Source: Oscillospiraceae bacterium (lineage in GTDB: Bacteria > Bacillota > Clostridia > Oscillospirales > Oscillospiraceae). Taken from it: DNA of 64,000 nt. The stretch covers positions 1,783-65,782 of the forward strand of contig JAZOBQ010000016.1 of the NCBI GenBank assembly GCA_045596005.1. The letters run 5' to 3'. Under the pieces are notes generated by a model that was not told the DNA's origin, did not search any database, and saw only the letters and a list, made by a program, of their open reading frames with translations. Below, piece after piece: positions 1 to 11,363 of the stretch (within the stretch, counting starts at the first letter, position 1; each line of letters begins with the position of its first letter). A program made the position numbers and the translations under genes.

Positions 1-2480
1 TTGGGCGGAAGATTGACTTTGATACGGTATCCGCCTACAGTTTTCTCCCAGCCACACTCCACTTTTCCGTAAATACTTTTCCAGCTTGCTTTGGCGCAGC
101 TGAAGCTTCCGCCGGGTTTGGGGGCAATTTCAAAATGGTTTTCTCCGTCTGTGCGGATGCCGCACATCGTTCTGAAAAGCCACTGGCAGACTGCGCCCTT
201 GGAATAGTGATTAAGAGAAGCTATGCCGCCTTGAGACTGAATGCCCTCCCACGATTCCCATACGGTGCTTGCGCCGTTTTTGGGCATGAAGAGCCAACCG
301 GGCATATCTTCGTTTTCGAGAAGGCGGTAGGCGCTGTCAAGGTCATATTCGGCCAGAACGTCCAGAATCAACGGAGTGGACAAAAAACCGGTGCCGAGTC
401 GCCAACGGTAGTTCTCCAGAGCTCTTATGAGGCGGTTTTGCGCATAGTCTCTCTGGCTTTCGTTCAACAGAGCAAACGCCAAAGGCCGCACCAGTCGCGC
501 CTGCCTGTCGGTGTCCAGCGTATGCTCATCGGTGGCAGCCATGGCCTGATAAGCAAGGGTGCAACTATCGCTGCAACTGCGGAAAAGTTTCGCATCTTCA
601 GTATGGCCGAGTTCCATGGCAATCTCAGCCATTATGCCGAGAACATGGGCGGTATAGGCTGTGGAAACCTCCGGATGGGGTGCGACCATGTCTTTCCAGT
701 CGTTGGGGTACACATCCTTCGGCTCGGCCCACTCTCCGTATGACTGGCCGGAGTTGACGGCATATTTTCTTGCTTCACCATTGAGCCGCAAAGACTTGGA
801 CATAAAACCGCGCTTTCCGCAGCGGCGCATCATAAACCCGGCGTAGAGTTTCATGCGTTCGTAGTATTCTGCCAATATCTGCCTGTCTCCGTACATTTTT
901 CGGAAACGGTAGGGGATGAGAATTCCTGCGTCCGACCAGCCGACGCTTCCGTTCATGGTCCACATATAGAAGTCCACGCCGCCGTAAGGCGCTATCTGGG
1001 GCAGACGACCGTCAGACTTTTGCCAGTCATAGACATCGCGGAGATACTTGCGTGAAAAGGCGGCGTAATCGAAGAGATAGTTTGCGCTTTCGAAGAATAT
1101 CTGCGCATCTCCTGTCCAGCCGTGACGCTCTCTGGTTGGGCAGTCTGTGGGAACGTCAAGAGAGTTGCTCTTAGTGGACCACACAGTCGCCTGAACAAAA
1201 CGGTTGAGTAGGGGATTGGAACTCTCAAAAAATCCTGTTTGCTCAATATCGGAATACACTGCTATGGCTGTAAGGTTTTCGGGAGCGATCTCAAGCTCGG
1301 TATCAAGCTCGGCGTACTGAAAACCGAAAACCGCAAAGGAGGTTTTGTATTCGTTGAGACCATCTTTGCAGGTGTAGCTTATCTGCTGGAGGGGACTGAC
1401 GCGATTTTTGGAAACGCACTGAATATTTTTCTGCGTGAGATTGCCCTCGGCATCCAGCATTTCTCCGAAACGGAAACGAAGCGTCTGTCCCTTTTCCGCG
1501 TAGACGGCAAACTCAATGTATCCGGCCATGTTCTGACCGAAATCCAGAAGCCACTTGCCGTTCGGGGTCTTGAAAACTGTCGGCGCGAAGCGCTCTTTTT
1601 CCACCACGGCTACGTTGTTGGAGGCGGTGGGGACGATGCTGTGACTTGCGAGCTTAGCCCTGCCGCAGTAGCTTGGCACACGGTTTGCATCGATTATCTC
1701 GCCGTCCTTGTTGTCGGCAAAGCGAATTGGTCCGTCGTTGCTCCAATCCCAGTTCCGGTCGGTGACGATGTACTCGCGGCTGCCGTCGGCATAATTTATC
1801 TCAAGCTGGGCGAGGAGCTTTGTTTCGCTGCCATACTGGTTGCGTATGCCCCACGCTCCGCAGCTTCCGCGATACCAACCGTCGGCAAGCTGCACGGTAA
1901 GATCATGCTCGCCTTCGGAAAGCATTTCCGTTATGTCATAGCTTTGATACTGCACGCGCTTGCGGTAATCCGTATGACCGGGAGCAAGACAGAAATTGCC
2001 GACTTTCACCCCGTCGATCCGGGCTTCGTAGAGACCGCAGGCGGTGATATACAGCCTTGCCGATGCGGGCTCATTGACGACTTTGAATTTTTTCCGAAAG
2101 CAGTCCACGGGGTAACGTTCAGCTTTTTTGACTTTGTAATCGCCCGTTATCCATTTGGCCTTCCAGTCTCTCGCTTCAAGCAGACCCATCTCAAAGGCGC
2201 TGATTGCGGTTTCTCCGGGACGATCATTTTCGTCCCAGAGCGTAACTTCCCACACAACGCGTTCGCGGCTGCGGAGAACTCTGCCGCCATACGGTATATG
2301 GCTCATAGAAGCAGAGACTACCTTGCCGCTGTCCCAGACGGTTTCATCTGCAACTTTCGCTACTATGCGATATGCACTTTGACTCAGACCGCCTTCGCAG
2401 TTCCAGTAAAAACGCGGACGGGCGATGTCGATGCCGAGAGGTGCGCGGAGATATTCTGTTTTCAGATCAACAGCATGCAT
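1..2480 (-). CDS. alpha-L-rhamnosidase, GH78 family (C-terminus cut by window edge)
   Basis: Absent from the supplied ORF track because it runs off the window edge. Minus-strand translation from ATG 2480-2478 is stop-free to position 1: [31 protein letters not shown] ... VPTDCPTRERHGWTGDAQIFF ... SLNHYSKGAVCQWLF. I recognise these motifs from GH78 rhamnosidases. The ATG overlaps the stop of the upstream transporter (TAATG). Confidence 0.85.
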   Translation of the reverse strand, partial: MHAVDLKTEYLRAPLGIDIARPRFYWNCEGGLSQSAYRIVAKVADETVWDSGKVVSASMSHIPYGGRVLRSRERVVWEVTLWDENDRPGETAISAFEMGLLEARDWKAKWITGDYKVKKAERYPVDCFRKKFKVVNEPASARLYITACGLYEARIDGVKVGNFCLAPGHTDYRKRVQYQSYDITEMLSEGEHDLTVQLADGWYRGSCGAWGIRNQYGSETKLLAQLEINYADGSREYIVTDRNWDWSNDGPIRFADNKDGEIIDANRVPSYCGRAKLASHSIVPTASNNVAVVEKERFAPTVFKTPNGKWLLDFGQNMAGYIEFAVYAEKGQTLRFRFGEMLDAEGNLTQKNIQCVSKNRVSPLQQISYTCKDGLNEYKTSFAVFGFQYAELDTELEIAPENLTAIAVYSDIEQTGFFESSNPLLNRFVQATVWSTKSNSLDVPTDCPTRERHGWTGDAQIFFESANYLFDYAAFSRKYLRDVYDWQKSDGRLPQIAPYGGVDFYMWTMNGSVGWSDAGILIPYRFRKMYGDRQILAEYYERMKLYAGFMMRRCGKRGFMSKSLRLNGEARKYAVNSGQSYGEWAEPKDVYPNDWKDMVAPHPEVSTAYTAHVLGIMAEIAMELGHTEDAKLFRSCSDSCTLAYQAMAATDEHTLDTDRQARLVRPLAFALLNESQRDYAQNRLIRALENYRWRLGTGFLSTPLILDVLAEYDLDSAYRLLENEDMPGWLFMPKNGASTVWESWEGIQSQGGIASLNHYSKGAVCQWLFRTMCGIRTDGENHFEIAPKPGGSFSCAKASWKSIYGKVECGWEKTVGGYRIKVNLPP

Positions 2481-3928
2481 TATTTACTTCCCTCGCGTCT
2501 GGCTTTGATCTCGGCCTGTTCGGCATGAATGGTTTTTTCGACGTTCAGCTTGCGGAGCAGGAAGACAAGGATGACTCCCGTTATTATTTCAAGTCCGAGG
2601 AAGAAGAATGTGAAAACATTCTGGGTGGCTTGATTTTGCAGGGCGCCAATGGTTTGACCGGTAGCTTCGATGAACTCCGGGGCAATATAGCCTGCGTTGG
2701 CCATGCAAAGGTTCATAATGCCGTTGGCCACGCCGACGCAAACGGTGGCGATGATGGTGTAAACGGAGGTGGAAAGGCCGTCGCAGCGGAAATCATACTT
2801 CCACTCGATATGGTCGAGAACATCGGCGAAGAGCGCCATGAACACATAGGCACTGGGCAAGCCGCCGATATTCTTGATAAACTGACCAATGAGTACGATG
2901 ACCATGTTTTTGGGAGCGATAAGACATACCGCACCGCCGATGGCATAGAGTACGAAACCCCAGAGGGTAACGTTTCGTTTGCCGAATTTCTTTGCAAGAG
3001 GCCACACGGCAAAAATACCGATGCCCATGGGAATGCCGCCAATGACGGAGACCAGCATCTGGGTCATGCCGTCGTTATATGTACCGAGCACATAGTTGCA
3101 GTAATAGACGAGTGCAGAGTTTTTGAAGCTGACACCCAGGCTGTATACAATGTAGTAGGCAATGATAATAAGCCAGTACTTGTCATGGATGACGGCTTTG
3201 AGCTGTTCGAAGATGGGTTTCACACCGGGATTTTCTCCCTCGGTTTCCTCGGTGACGCGCTCTTTGGTGTAGAAATACTCCAGAAGTGTCAGCGGCAGGG
3301 TGATGATGGAAAGGATGCTCATGACCGTTATCCAAAGAGCTTTGTTGGCGCCGAGCATGGGCATGATGAGCATGGGGAAAATCAGCGCCACTATGATACC
3401 GCTTATCATAACGCTGGAGATGTTGTTGAACACGGAAAGACCGCCTCGGTCTTTAGTATCACGCGTGGACAGAGGAACCATGAGTGTGTGGCTCATATTG
3501 TAGATAGTGAAGACTATTGAGTAGAAAAGGTTATAGCTGAGCATGACCCAGATGACCTGAACAGTTTCGGAAGCTGTGGGCACAGTGAAAAGCAAAATGC
3601 CGGAAATTGGCATCAAAATCGCTGAAAGCAGCAGCCAGGGACGTGCCTTGCCCTCTTTTGTGCGGGTGCGGTCGATTATCTGACCCATGACGATATTTGT
3701 GACGGCATCAATGATTTTTGAGGCAATGGGGAAGATCATCAAAAAAGCACCGCCCCATATGCCTGTAAGTTTCAGCACATCTGTATAAAAAACATTCAGA
3801 TAGGAAGACAGTACCGCGTTGAACAGCAGCGCTCCGGCAGGACCGGCAAGATAGCCAAGCCACTTTTCGCCGTTGCCCACATGAGCAGCCTTTATGCGGC
3901 TTTGGGGAAGTTTTAATTCTTTTCTCAC
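2480..3928 (-). CDS. GPH/MFS-type glycoside:cation symporter
   Basis: 482-aa ORF with many hydrophobic segments. N-terminal '[30 protein letters not shown]' and the '[17 protein letters not shown]' loop resemble MelB/GPH symporters. It sits between the GH3 and GH78 genes. Confidence 0.85.
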   Translation of the reverse strand: MRKELKLPQSRIKAAHVGNGEKWLGYLAGPAGALLFNAVLSSYLNVFYTDVLKLTGIWGGAFLMIFPIASKIIDAVTNIVMGQIIDRTRTKEGKARPWLLLSAILMPISGILLFTVPTASETVQVIWVMLSYNLFYSIVFTIYNMSHTLMVPLSTRDTKDRGGLSVFNNISSVMISGIIVALIFPMLIMPMLGANKALWITVMSILSIITLPLTLLEYFYTKERVTEETEGENPGVKPIFEQLKAVIHDKYWLIIIAYYIVYSLGVSFKNSALVYYCNYVLGTYNDGMTQMLVSVIGGIPMGIGIFAVWPLAKKFGKRNVTLWGFVLYAIGGAVCLIAPKNMVIVLIGQFIKNIGGLPSAYVFMALFADVLDHIEWKYDFRCDGLSTSVYTIIATVCVGVANGIMNLCMANAGYIAPEFIEATGQTIGALQNQATQNVFTFFFLGLEIITGVILVFLLRKLNVEKTIHAEQAEIKARREGSK

Positions 3929-6366
3929 TTTTTTATCTCTCCCTTTAATATGAATTTAAGAACATTTTCCGCTGTGCGCTGGAGTTCTCCGCGCGTGATA
4001 CCGTCGGCATCACCCAGAGTTTTCAGCAGAGTGCCGTCGGAACGGTATTTTTTGCTCATATGCCCCATGTCTCCGGGCATCAGCACATCAACCTGAGAAC
4101 GCACCCTGTATGCGTTGTCTCTCAGCTTGGGGAATTCGGGACTGGCACTTTTTCTCATCCACCAGTCTGTGATCACAAGACCGCCATATCCCCATTCTCT
4201 ACGGAGCAGGGTGGTGACGAGATCGTAGTTATAGTGCGACCAGACTCCGTTTATTTTGTTATAGGAGGTCATAATTGTGTTCGGTTTTGCCTCTTTCACA
4301 ACTATCTCAAATCCACGGAGATATATCTCTCTCAGAGCTCTTTGACTCACTCTGGAATCGTTCACATTGCGTTTGGTTTCCTGATTGTTGCAGGCAAAAT
4401 GCTTGGGGCAGCAGGATTTGCCCTGACTCTGAACACCGCGCACCACGGCGGCGCCCATTTTGCCGGTAAGCAGAGGATCTTCGGAGAAGTATTCGAAATT
4501 GCGTCCGCACAGAGGATTCCTGTGAATATTCATGCCGGGGGAGAGCACGACGTCCACACCGTGTTTGAGCATTTCCTTGCCGACATGAGTGAAAAGCTCT
4601 TCAATCAAATCGTCGTTCCAGGTGCTTCCCAGCGCTGTGCCGCTTGGGAGCAGGGCACAGTATTTGCGCAGACGAAGTCCGGAAGGACCGTCGGCGGTGA
4701 TGACGGGCGGTATGCCTTTTTCGCGCAGAGAAGGCAATATGCCTCCGAATGCGCCGGCGTTGCCGGCTGTGCCGAGGGCGCTGCCCATGCTGCCCTCGCC
4801 GCGGCTGAGAGCCTCCAACTCATCATCGCTTAGCTGGGCAATAAAATCAGCCATGGCCACCTTGCCCGAGGCTAGGTCGGAGAGCTTGTATCCTCTGTCG
4901 CCCGTTGGGGAGATGCTTTCCGGCAGACGGGAGAGTATTCTGCTGCGCAGATCCGCTTTGCCGGCGACGAGCATTTCGCTTGCAGCAAAAAGCTTCCCGT
5001 TTTCTTCTTTGGCGACCATTCTCTCGAACGGTTCTTTCACACCGCAGATCTCTTCGCACTGTTCAACTACCCTTGTCTTATCCACCTGAATACTTCCGGC
5101 ATAGACCGAACCGGTGTAGAAGCGGTATTCGCCCTTTTCCAGAACGAAGGCGTTTTCAAAGCCGCTCTTGCCGGTGTCATCAAAAGAGGCTATACACTTT
5201 TCGTCAAAGCTGAGGCGCAGCGTTTGAGTCTCGCCGGGGGAGAGCACTGCTGTTTTTCCGTAGGCCACAAGAACCCGTGAGGCTTTGCCGAGCATACCCT
5301 GAGGCGCAGCGCACCAAAGCATGACTACTTCGCTGCCGGCGTATGTTCCGACGTTCTTGACCTCGGCGCTTACGCTGTATTTCCCGCCGTCGGGCTCAAA
5401 AGCAAGAGGCTTGATTTCGAAACTTGTATATGAAAGACCGTAGCCGAAGGGGTAAAGCACCTTCTCGGGTGCGAAAGAGTCAAAATAGCGGTAACCGACA
5501 AAAATATCTTCTTTGTAACAGTTGAACTCCGTTCCGCCGAAGCAACTGCTGCTGGGGTAATCGTCGTAGTTTTTTGCAACGGTGTCGGGTAGCTTGCCGC
5601 AGGGATTGACCTTTCCGGTGAGCACATCGGCCACGGAGTTTCCGCTTTCCATGCCGCCCTGCCATGCCAGCAGTACGGAGGAAATCCTGTCTCCGTAGTC
5701 ACCTATCCATGCCATGTCCATTATGCTGCCTATATTCAGGACGACAAGCGTTTGGCTGAATGTGGAGGTGACAACAGCAAGCATGGCTTTTTCCGCATCG
5801 GTAAGATAATAGCTTCCCGGAGTGAGTGTGTTTTCACGGTCTTCACCGGCAGCTCTGCCGATGACTACAATGGCGGTTTCGGAGTTTCCGGCAGCTTCAG
5901 CAACCAAGCTTATATCCAATGGCATCTCGGGATGGCTCATGGGCCAATGACCCCACCAACCGTGGTCCGCCTTGTTGTCCTCGCTCGAGCACCAACGGCT
6001 GTATATGTCGGCAAGCCGGCTGTCCACTTTGACTCCGGCATTGCGGAGTCCTTCCATGAGATTCACCCGGTAAGGGGGATGCACATCGCCGCCGCTTCCA
6101 TAACCAACATAAAACCAGTCGAGCTGGCAGCGTCCGAAAACGGCCACAGACTTATCCGGAGCAAGAGGCAGAGCACCTTTGTTTTTCAGAAGTACGCAGC
6201 CCTCTGCACCGGCGCGCCTCGCAAGAGCAGCTATTTCTGCACTTACCATATCCGAGCCATTGGCACTCAGTTCCTCCTGCATAAGACCGTTGCCCATGCC
6301 CCAGTCAACAACGCGCTGAATGGCTTTTCCCAGCTTTTGCTTAAGCTTTTTCATGATCTCAGACAT
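3925..6366 (-). CDS. glycoside hydrolase family 3 (beta-glucosidase-like)
   Basis: ORF 3925..6639 trimmed to ATG 6366 ([10 protein letters not shown]). ATG 6354, with GGAG about 12 nt upstream, is an alternative. GH3 hallmarks: 'GGLVITDWW' nucleophile region and '[11 protein letters not shown]'. 4-nt overlap with the transporter start. Confidence 0.85.
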   Translation of the reverse strand: MSEIMKKLKQKLGKAIQRVVDWGMGNGLMQEELSANGSDMVSAEIAALARRAGAEGCVLLKNKGALPLAPDKSVAVFGRCQLDWFYVGYGSGGDVHPPYRVNLMEGLRNAGVKVDSRLADIYSRWCSSEDNKADHGWWGHWPMSHPEMPLDISLVAEAAGNSETAIVVIGRAAGEDRENTLTPGSYYLTDAEKAMLAVVTSTFSQTLVVLNIGSIMDMAWIGDYGDRISSVLLAWQGGMESGNSVADVLTGKVNPCGKLPDTVAKNYDDYPSSSCFGGTEFNCYKEDIFVGYRYFDSFAPEKVLYPFGYGLSYTSFEIKPLAFEPDGGKYSVSAEVKNVGTYAGSEVVMLWCAAPQGMLGKASRVLVAYGKTAVLSPGETQTLRLSFDEKCIASFDDTGKSGFENAFVLEKGEYRFYTGSVYAGSIQVDKTRVVEQCEEICGVKEPFERMVAKEENGKLFAASEMLVAGKADLRSRILSRLPESISPTGDRGYKLSDLASGKVAMADFIAQLSDDELEALSRGEGSMGSALGTAGNAGAFGGILPSLREKGIPPVITADGPSGLRLRKYCALLPSGTALGSTWNDDLIEELFTHVGKEMLKHGVDVVLSPGMNIHRNPLCGRNFEYFSEDPLLTGKMGAAVVRGVQSQGKSCCPKHFACNNQETKRNVNDSRVSQRALREIYLRGFEIVVKEAKPNTIMTSYNKINGVWSHYNYDLVTTLLRREWGYGGLVITDWWMRKSASPEFPKLRDNAYRVRSQVDVLMPGDMGHMSKKYRSDGTLLKTLGDADGITRGELQRTAENVLKFILKGEIKK

Positions 6367-6431
6367 CTCCTGTAGCAATGTTTTGGTGAGCTTTTCCAAT
6401 ATAATTATATATCTGCCCAAAGGCGTGTGTC

Positions 6432-6460
6432 TTGCATATCTGTTACCGATGCTGTATAAT
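6432..6460 (+). promoter_or_regulatory. sigma-A-type promoter for the AraC regulator
   Basis: TTGCAT-N17-TATAAT read directly, just upstream of the GAGGTG RBS and ATG 6483. Confidence 0.55.
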
Positions 6461-6482
6461 TGTAACCACTTGAGGTGATGAA

Positions 6483-7682
6483 ATGGATAATCTGGATCTG
6501 AACTATCTTTGCACTGTAATAGGCAATCTTTCCGGCATCCCGATAAGACTGTATGAAGGGGAGGAACTTGTTTTTTTCTACTCTTTCGTGAGTTTGCCCA
6601 AGGATCCCGTGGAGCTGTATAGGGATGACATATTTGCAATCGAGGAAAGCGTAGGCTACTATGTGACGCGGATATTCAATTACTACGGAGTTATCAACAG
6701 CGGAAGACAAAAAATCGTGATCGGCCCCACACGCCAGACCGGAAACAGCGACCAGGAACTTAGGGAGCTTGCCTTTCGGTTGGATGTGACTCCGGAGGAT
6801 ACAGATGACTTTCTGTTGGGCATGAAGAGCATAATCCGTATGCCGTTGGAAAGCCTTATGCAGATACTTTGCACCATGAACTATGTACTGAATGGGGATA
6901 AGCTTTCTCTGCATGATATTGCTGTTTTTGACGGTGAGCAGAGTGTTTTGAAGGATACTGATGTGACGGAGAGGTCAGCTCAGGAGTACACCGAGGACAA
7001 TATCCCCACGCAGGATGTGCATAACACCTTTGAGCTGGAACAAACACTTATGAATATGGTAAGCCGCGGAGACAGTGCCGCTTTGAAAAAGTGGCTGAGC
7101 AACGCTCCGGCGGTGCGTGGCGGCATCGTCGCTTCGGAACAGCTCAGGCAGATGAAAAATACCTTTATTGTGTCCGTCACGCTTGTTTCCCGTGCCGCGA
7201 TAAGGGGTGGTATGACGGTGGAGGACGCCTTTTCTTTGAGCGACGCTTACATACAAAAGTGCGAGCTTCTCTCGGCACCGGACAAAATACTGAATCTGCA
7301 GTACCGTATGGTAATAGATTACACGGAAAAGGTGGAGCGTCTGCGTCTGGGAAATCGGCCGTCGGGACTGGTGCTTGATGTGGTCAACTATATACAGCAC
7401 CATCTTTCCGAGCCGATAACTGCCAAGGCAATCGCCACGGAGCTGTATCTGAGCCGACCGTACCTGTCCAGAAAATTCATAGAAGAAACGGGAGAGAGCC
7501 TCACCGATTTTATACTCAAACAAAAAACGGAAGAGGCAAAACGCCTCCTCCGTCATTCGGATAAATCTTTGACTGCGATCGGAAACTATCTCGGTTTCTC
7601 ATCACAAAGTCATTTTTCAAGGGTGTTCAGAAAGTACGCAGCCTGCACTCCGGGAGAATACAGGACGAAATACCGCCGTTAA
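6483..7682 (+). CDS. AraC family transcriptional regulator
   Basis: 399 aa. C-terminal dual HTH of AraC/XylS type ('YLSRKFIEETGESLTDFILKQKTEEAKRLL', 'GFSSQSHFSRVFRKYAACTPGEYR'). Divergent from the GH3-GPH-GH78 operon. Confidence 0.85.
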   Translation: MDNLDLNYLCTVIGNLSGIPIRLYEGEELVFFYSFVSLPKDPVELYRDDIFAIEESVGYYVTRIFNYYGVINSGRQKIVIGPTRQTGNSDQELRELAFRLDVTPEDTDDFLLGMKSIIRMPLESLMQILCTMNYVLNGDKLSLHDIAVFDGEQSVLKDTDVTERSAQEYTEDNIPTQDVHNTFELEQTLMNMVSRGDSAALKKWLSNAPAVRGGIVASEQLRQMKNTFIVSVTLVSRAAIRGGMTVEDAFSLSDAYIQKCELLSAPDKILNLQYRMVIDYTEKVERLRLGNRPSGLVLDVVNYIQHHLSEPITAKAIATELYLSRPYLSRKFIEETGESLTDFILKQKTEEAKRLLRHSDKSLTAIGNYLGFSSQSHFSRVFRKYAACTPGEYRTKYRR

Positions 7683-7683
7683 A

Positions 7684-8826
7684 TCAGCCGAGCAGCTCGG
7701 CGCACAGCTGCATGCGCTGCACTATTTTCACGCCGAAGGGGCAGCGGATTTCACAGCCTCCGCAGCCAATGCAGTCGGCGGCGGTAGCGCCGAGAGATTC
7801 GTAATGCGCTTTTACGGAGGCAGGCACTTCCGGCTGCATGGTGGCGAGATCATAGAGCTTGTTGACCATGGCTATATCAATGTCAACGGGACAGGGCTTG
7901 CAGTGACCGCAGTAAGTGCACTGACCATGGTAGGCGTGGCGCGGAGCGAGCGCGAGAACGGAGGCATAGTCTTTTTCGGCTTCGCCTGCGCTGCAGTAGG
8001 ATACGGCCTCCAAAACGTGCTCGGGGGTGTCGAATCCGGCCAATACAGAGGCGACCGCAGGTCGGGTGAGACAGTAGTGCAGGCACTGGACGGGAGTGAG
8101 CGCCACGCCGAATGGGGAACGCTTGGCGTCGAAAAGTCTGCCTCCCGCGTAAGCTTTCATAACGGTGATGCCAACGTCGAGGCTTTCGCAGAGCTTATAA
8201 AGCTCCGTACGTTCGGGAGCAATGCCGCCGAGAGATGCGTCGTATTCCTCAGCGAAATAAACTTCGACATCTTCGCAGGCGGGCAGCATATCAAATGCGG
8301 GGTTGATGGAAAAAAGGATCATTTCCACAATACCGCTTTCCGCCGCCAGTTTGGCTATGGCGGGATTGTGGGTGCTCATGCCGATATGGCGGATGACGCC
8401 ATCTTCCTTCAGCTTGTACACATACTGAAGGAAGGGTCCGTTGACGATCTCGTTCCAGTCGCTCTCCTGATCGACATAATGGATCATGCCGAGATCGATG
8501 TAGTCTGTCTGAAGACGCTCGAGCAGATCGTCGAAGGCAGGTTTCACCTGCCCAAGATCGCGGGAGCGGACATACTGTCCGTTCTGCCACGTGGAGCCGA
8601 TGTGACCCTGAATGTACCATTTCTCGCGCCGCCCCTTTAGTGCTTCGCCGAGATTTGAGCGCACCTTCGGCTCGCTCATCCAGCAGTCGAGCAGATTGAT
8701 GCCCAGCTTTTCGCATTCTTCGATAACAGCCTTGCAGTCGGCAAGGTCGTGGCGTTCCATCCATTCGGCACCGAATGCGACCTCGCTGACCATCAGTCCG
8801 GTTTTGCCAAGTCTTCTGTAATTCAT
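7684..8826 (-). CDS. aldo/keto reductase with C-terminal 4Fe-4S ferredoxin-type domain
   Basis: 380 aa. N-terminal 'YRRLGKTGLMVSEVAFG' AKR signature. C-terminal Cys clusters 'CTYCGHCKPCP' and 'CIGCGGCEIRCP'. Confidence 0.85.
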   Translation of the reverse strand: MNYRRLGKTGLMVSEVAFGAEWMERHDLADCKAVIEECEKLGINLLDCWMSEPKVRSNLGEALKGRREKWYIQGHIGSTWQNGQYVRSRDLGQVKPAFDDLLERLQTDYIDLGMIHYVDQESDWNEIVNGPFLQYVYKLKEDGVIRHIGMSTHNPAIAKLAAESGIVEMILFSINPAFDMLPACEDVEVYFAEEYDASLGGIAPERTELYKLCESLDVGITVMKAYAGGRLFDAKRSPFGVALTPVQCLHYCLTRPAVASVLAGFDTPEHVLEAVSYCSAGEAEKDYASVLALAPRHAYHGQCTYCGHCKPCPVDIDIAMVNKLYDLATMQPEVPASVKAHYESLGATAADCIGCGGCEIRCPFGVKIVQRMQLCAELLG

Positions 8827-8841
8827 AGAGTCAGTCCTCCG

Positions 8842-10053
8842 TTAGTTATTGCCTGTCGGGGCGTGGTCGTTTCCGACTATCCGGCGGTAGTTTTCCTTGT
8901 CTGTGTCCCCCTCGGTCGAGAAGCAAAGTATGCGCGATTTGCTGCTTAGTCCGAGGGCGTTTTTTATATCCTCAAGCTCCGGATCGCTCAGAACCTCAGC
9001 AACAAAACCCAGTGTTGCGGCTCCGCTTTCGCCGGAGACTATTTTCACGTCGCCGGGGCAAGGCTTTGCCAGAATGCGCATGCCGTTGGCGGAAACGGAG
9101 TCCGGAATGCTGACAAAATGGTCGGCGTGATCTCTAAGTATCTCCCACGCGATAGGGCAGGGTTCTCCGCAGCAGAGACCTGCCATGATGGAGTCCATGT
9201 GACCTGTGACGGCGTGAAGAAGTCCGTCGTTTGCCTGAGCGGTTTTGAAGAAGCAGTCTGCGGCGTTCGGCTCCACGATCGTGATTATGGGCCTTTCTTC
9301 ATCGCCGTAGAGCGCGGCAAAAAAAGCGCAGACGGCCGCCGCCATGGAGCCGACTCCGGCCTGCAGAAATACATGGCTGGGTTTTGCGCCGCCGAGCTGC
9401 TCTACCGCTTCCGCCGCCATGGTGGTGTAACCCTCCATTATCCAGGAGGGTATTTCCTCATAGCCATCCCATGAGGTGTCCTGAACGAGTACCCAGCCGT
9501 TTTGGCTCTCTTTTTCTTTGGCCAGTCTTACGGCATCGTCATAGTTCAGCTCGGTTATGGAGGCGTCTGCGCCCAACGCCTGAATGTTCCTCAGACGTTC
9601 GGGAGCGCTGCCTTTTGGCATGTATACAACGCTTTTCTGACCTAGTCGGTTTGCAGTCCATGCAACGCCGCGCCCGTGGTTTCCGTCCGTCGCGGTGACG
9701 AAGCACAGCTCGCCGAGCTTTGATTTGGTCGCCGGGCTCATAAGCCTGTCATATGGCAGAGCGGAGAGATTGATGTCCAGTTTTTTCGCTATGTATTTTC
9801 CTATGGCGTAGCTGCCGCCCAGCACCTTGAATGCGTTCAGCCCGAAGCGAAAGCTTTCGTCTTTAACGTATATGGATTCCACGCCAAGACTCTTTGACAG
9901 CCCGCAGAGTTTTACAAGCGGTGTAGCGCAGTATTCGGGAAAACTTTGGTGGAATTCCAGCGCGGCCTTTGCGCAGTCCGGGCCAAAACGGGCGACTGGG
10001 GAGAGAGAGTCTTCTGGGCGTCGCTTGAGATGAACGGCTTTTATTCCTTCCAT
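8842..10053 (-). CDS. dpaL: diaminopropionate ammonia-lyase-like PLP enzyme
   Basis: ORF 8842..10080 trimmed to ATG 10053 (AAGGAG 7 nt upstream; MEGIKAV...). Contains the 'LNAFKVLGG' PLP-lysine motif and 'TATDGNHGRGVAW', which I associate with DpaL/YgeX. Confidence 0.7.
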   Translation of the reverse strand: MEGIKAVHLKRRPEDSLSPVARFGPDCAKAALEFHQSFPEYCATPLVKLCGLSKSLGVESIYVKDESFRFGLNAFKVLGGSYAIGKYIAKKLDINLSALPYDRLMSPATKSKLGELCFVTATDGNHGRGVAWTANRLGQKSVVYMPKGSAPERLRNIQALGADASITELNYDDAVRLAKEKESQNGWVLVQDTSWDGYEEIPSWIMEGYTTMAAEAVEQLGGAKPSHVFLQAGVGSMAAAVCAFFAALYGDEERPIITIVEPNAADCFFKTAQANDGLLHAVTGHMDSIMAGLCCGEPCPIAWEILRDHADHFVSIPDSVSANGMRILAKPCPGDVKIVSGESGAATLGFVAEVLSDPELEDIKNALGLSSKSRILCFSTEGDTDKENYRRIVGNDHAPTGNN

Positions 10054-10076
10054 GGATATTCTCCTTGACATGGGGA

Positions 10077-11363
10077 TCAAACATCCACCTTGTCGATCAT
10101 GATGTTCAGGATCTCTTCGTCGGTCTCTTTCATGCCCACACGGCCTATATATCCCATTGAGCGGATGGTCGTTTCAAGGTCGTCTTTGATGAAGCCTTCG
10201 CCGGAACGGAAAACGCGCTCGTGGCTGCCCATATAGTGGCTGACGATCGCGGCGTGGACGCCGGAAGCGATCTTGGCTGCGCAGGAGGCTTTGGCACCGT
10301 CGCAGACTATTCCGCCGACGTTGCCGAGGGTGTTGATAAGAGTGTAGCCTATTTCTTCGTAGCCTCCGCCGAAAAGATAGCTTATACCGGCGCCGGCGGC
10401 ACTCGCGGCGCTTACGGCACCGCAGAAAGCGGAGAGCGAGCCTATGTATTTCTTGAGATGGATGGCAATGAGATTTGACAGCACGAGTGCGCGATACAGC
10501 TTTTCCTCACTGACTTTGAGGTCCTTTGCGTATTCAATGACCGGCAAAGAGACAGTCATGCCCTGGTTGCCGGAGCCGGAGTTGATGATGACCGGCAGAG
10601 CACAGCCGCCCATGCGCGCGTCGGAACCGGCGGCCGCCATGGCACAGGCGCGAGTACGCACATTGTCGCCGAAAACCTGCAGCAGGGTGTAGCCAACAGC
10701 GGCTCCGTAAGTGCCTTTGATGCCCTCCGCGGCAATGGCGGAGTTCATCTCGATCTGGCGTGAGATGATGGAACGCACGTCCTCAATATCCACCTCGTTT
10801 GCAAAATCGAGAATGCTTCGTACGTTGAGTCCGGAATAGTCCTCCTTGCGCTGCTCGCTCGCGGCGATATCGTTTATGAAGATAACTTCGCCGTCATGTT
10901 CGATGCGCGTAATAAGGGTGTGGCGGTTTACGACGGATACGGAGGCGCTGTGACCTTTTCCGCTGAGCACCGCAACGATGTAGAGATTATCCACATCCCT
11001 CACAAGGGTGGTCGAGCACATCTTTTCCGCAATGAGTGTTTTGCAGCGGGCAACGTCATCTTCCGATACCATACCGAGCACCTCAAGCTCTGTGTCTGCG
11101 TTTCCGCAGAGAGCGCCGAGTATGGCCGCGGCCTCTATACCGACGAGACCGCCGGAATTGGGAACGGTGACTCCCTTTACGTTCTTGATGATATTGCCGG
11201 AGCATTTTATCTCTATGTGCTCAGGCATGAATCCAAGAACGCTGCGGGCCTTTGCCGAGGCATAGGCTATGGCGATGGGCTCGGTGCAGCCGAGGGCAGG
11301 TATAAGCTCGTGCTCAAGTATGCGTATGAAGTTTGCGTAATTTTCTCTTTTCATGATTTTCAC
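10077..11363 (-). CDS. UPF0597 / YhaM-like L-cysteine desulfidase family protein
   Basis: 428 aa. 'ELIPALGCTEPIAIAYA' near the N-terminus and a Gly/Ala-rich C-terminal half are typical of this serine-dehydratase-alpha-like family. Confidence 0.75.
   Translation of the reverse strand: MKIMKRENYANFIRILEHELIPALGCTEPIAIAYASAKARSVLGFMPEHIEIKCSGNIIKNVKGVTVPNSGGLVGIEAAAILGALCGNADTELEVLGMVSEDDVARCKTLIAEKMCSTTLVRDVDNLYIVAVLSGKGHSASVSVVNRHTLITRIEHDGEVIFINDIAASEQRKEDYSGLNVRSILDFANEVDIEDVRSIISRQIEMNSAIAAEGIKGTYGAAVGYTLLQVFGDNVRTRACAMAAAGSDARMGGCALPVIINSGSGNQGMTVSLPVIEYAKDLKVSEEKLYRALVLSNLIAIHLKKYIGSLSAFCGAVSAASAAGAGISYLFGGGYEEIGYTLINTLGNVGGIVCDGAKASCAAKIASGVHAAIVSHYMGSHERVFRSGEGFIKDDLETTIRSMGYIGRVGMKETDEEILNIMIDKVDV

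Noticed and set aside
6461-6466. An additional TGTAAC hexamer next to the AraC promoter, and others inside coding regions (for example near 33023 and 55577)
   Set aside because: None has GTGTA 15-16 nt downstream. They serve as negative controls for the four-copy island motif.
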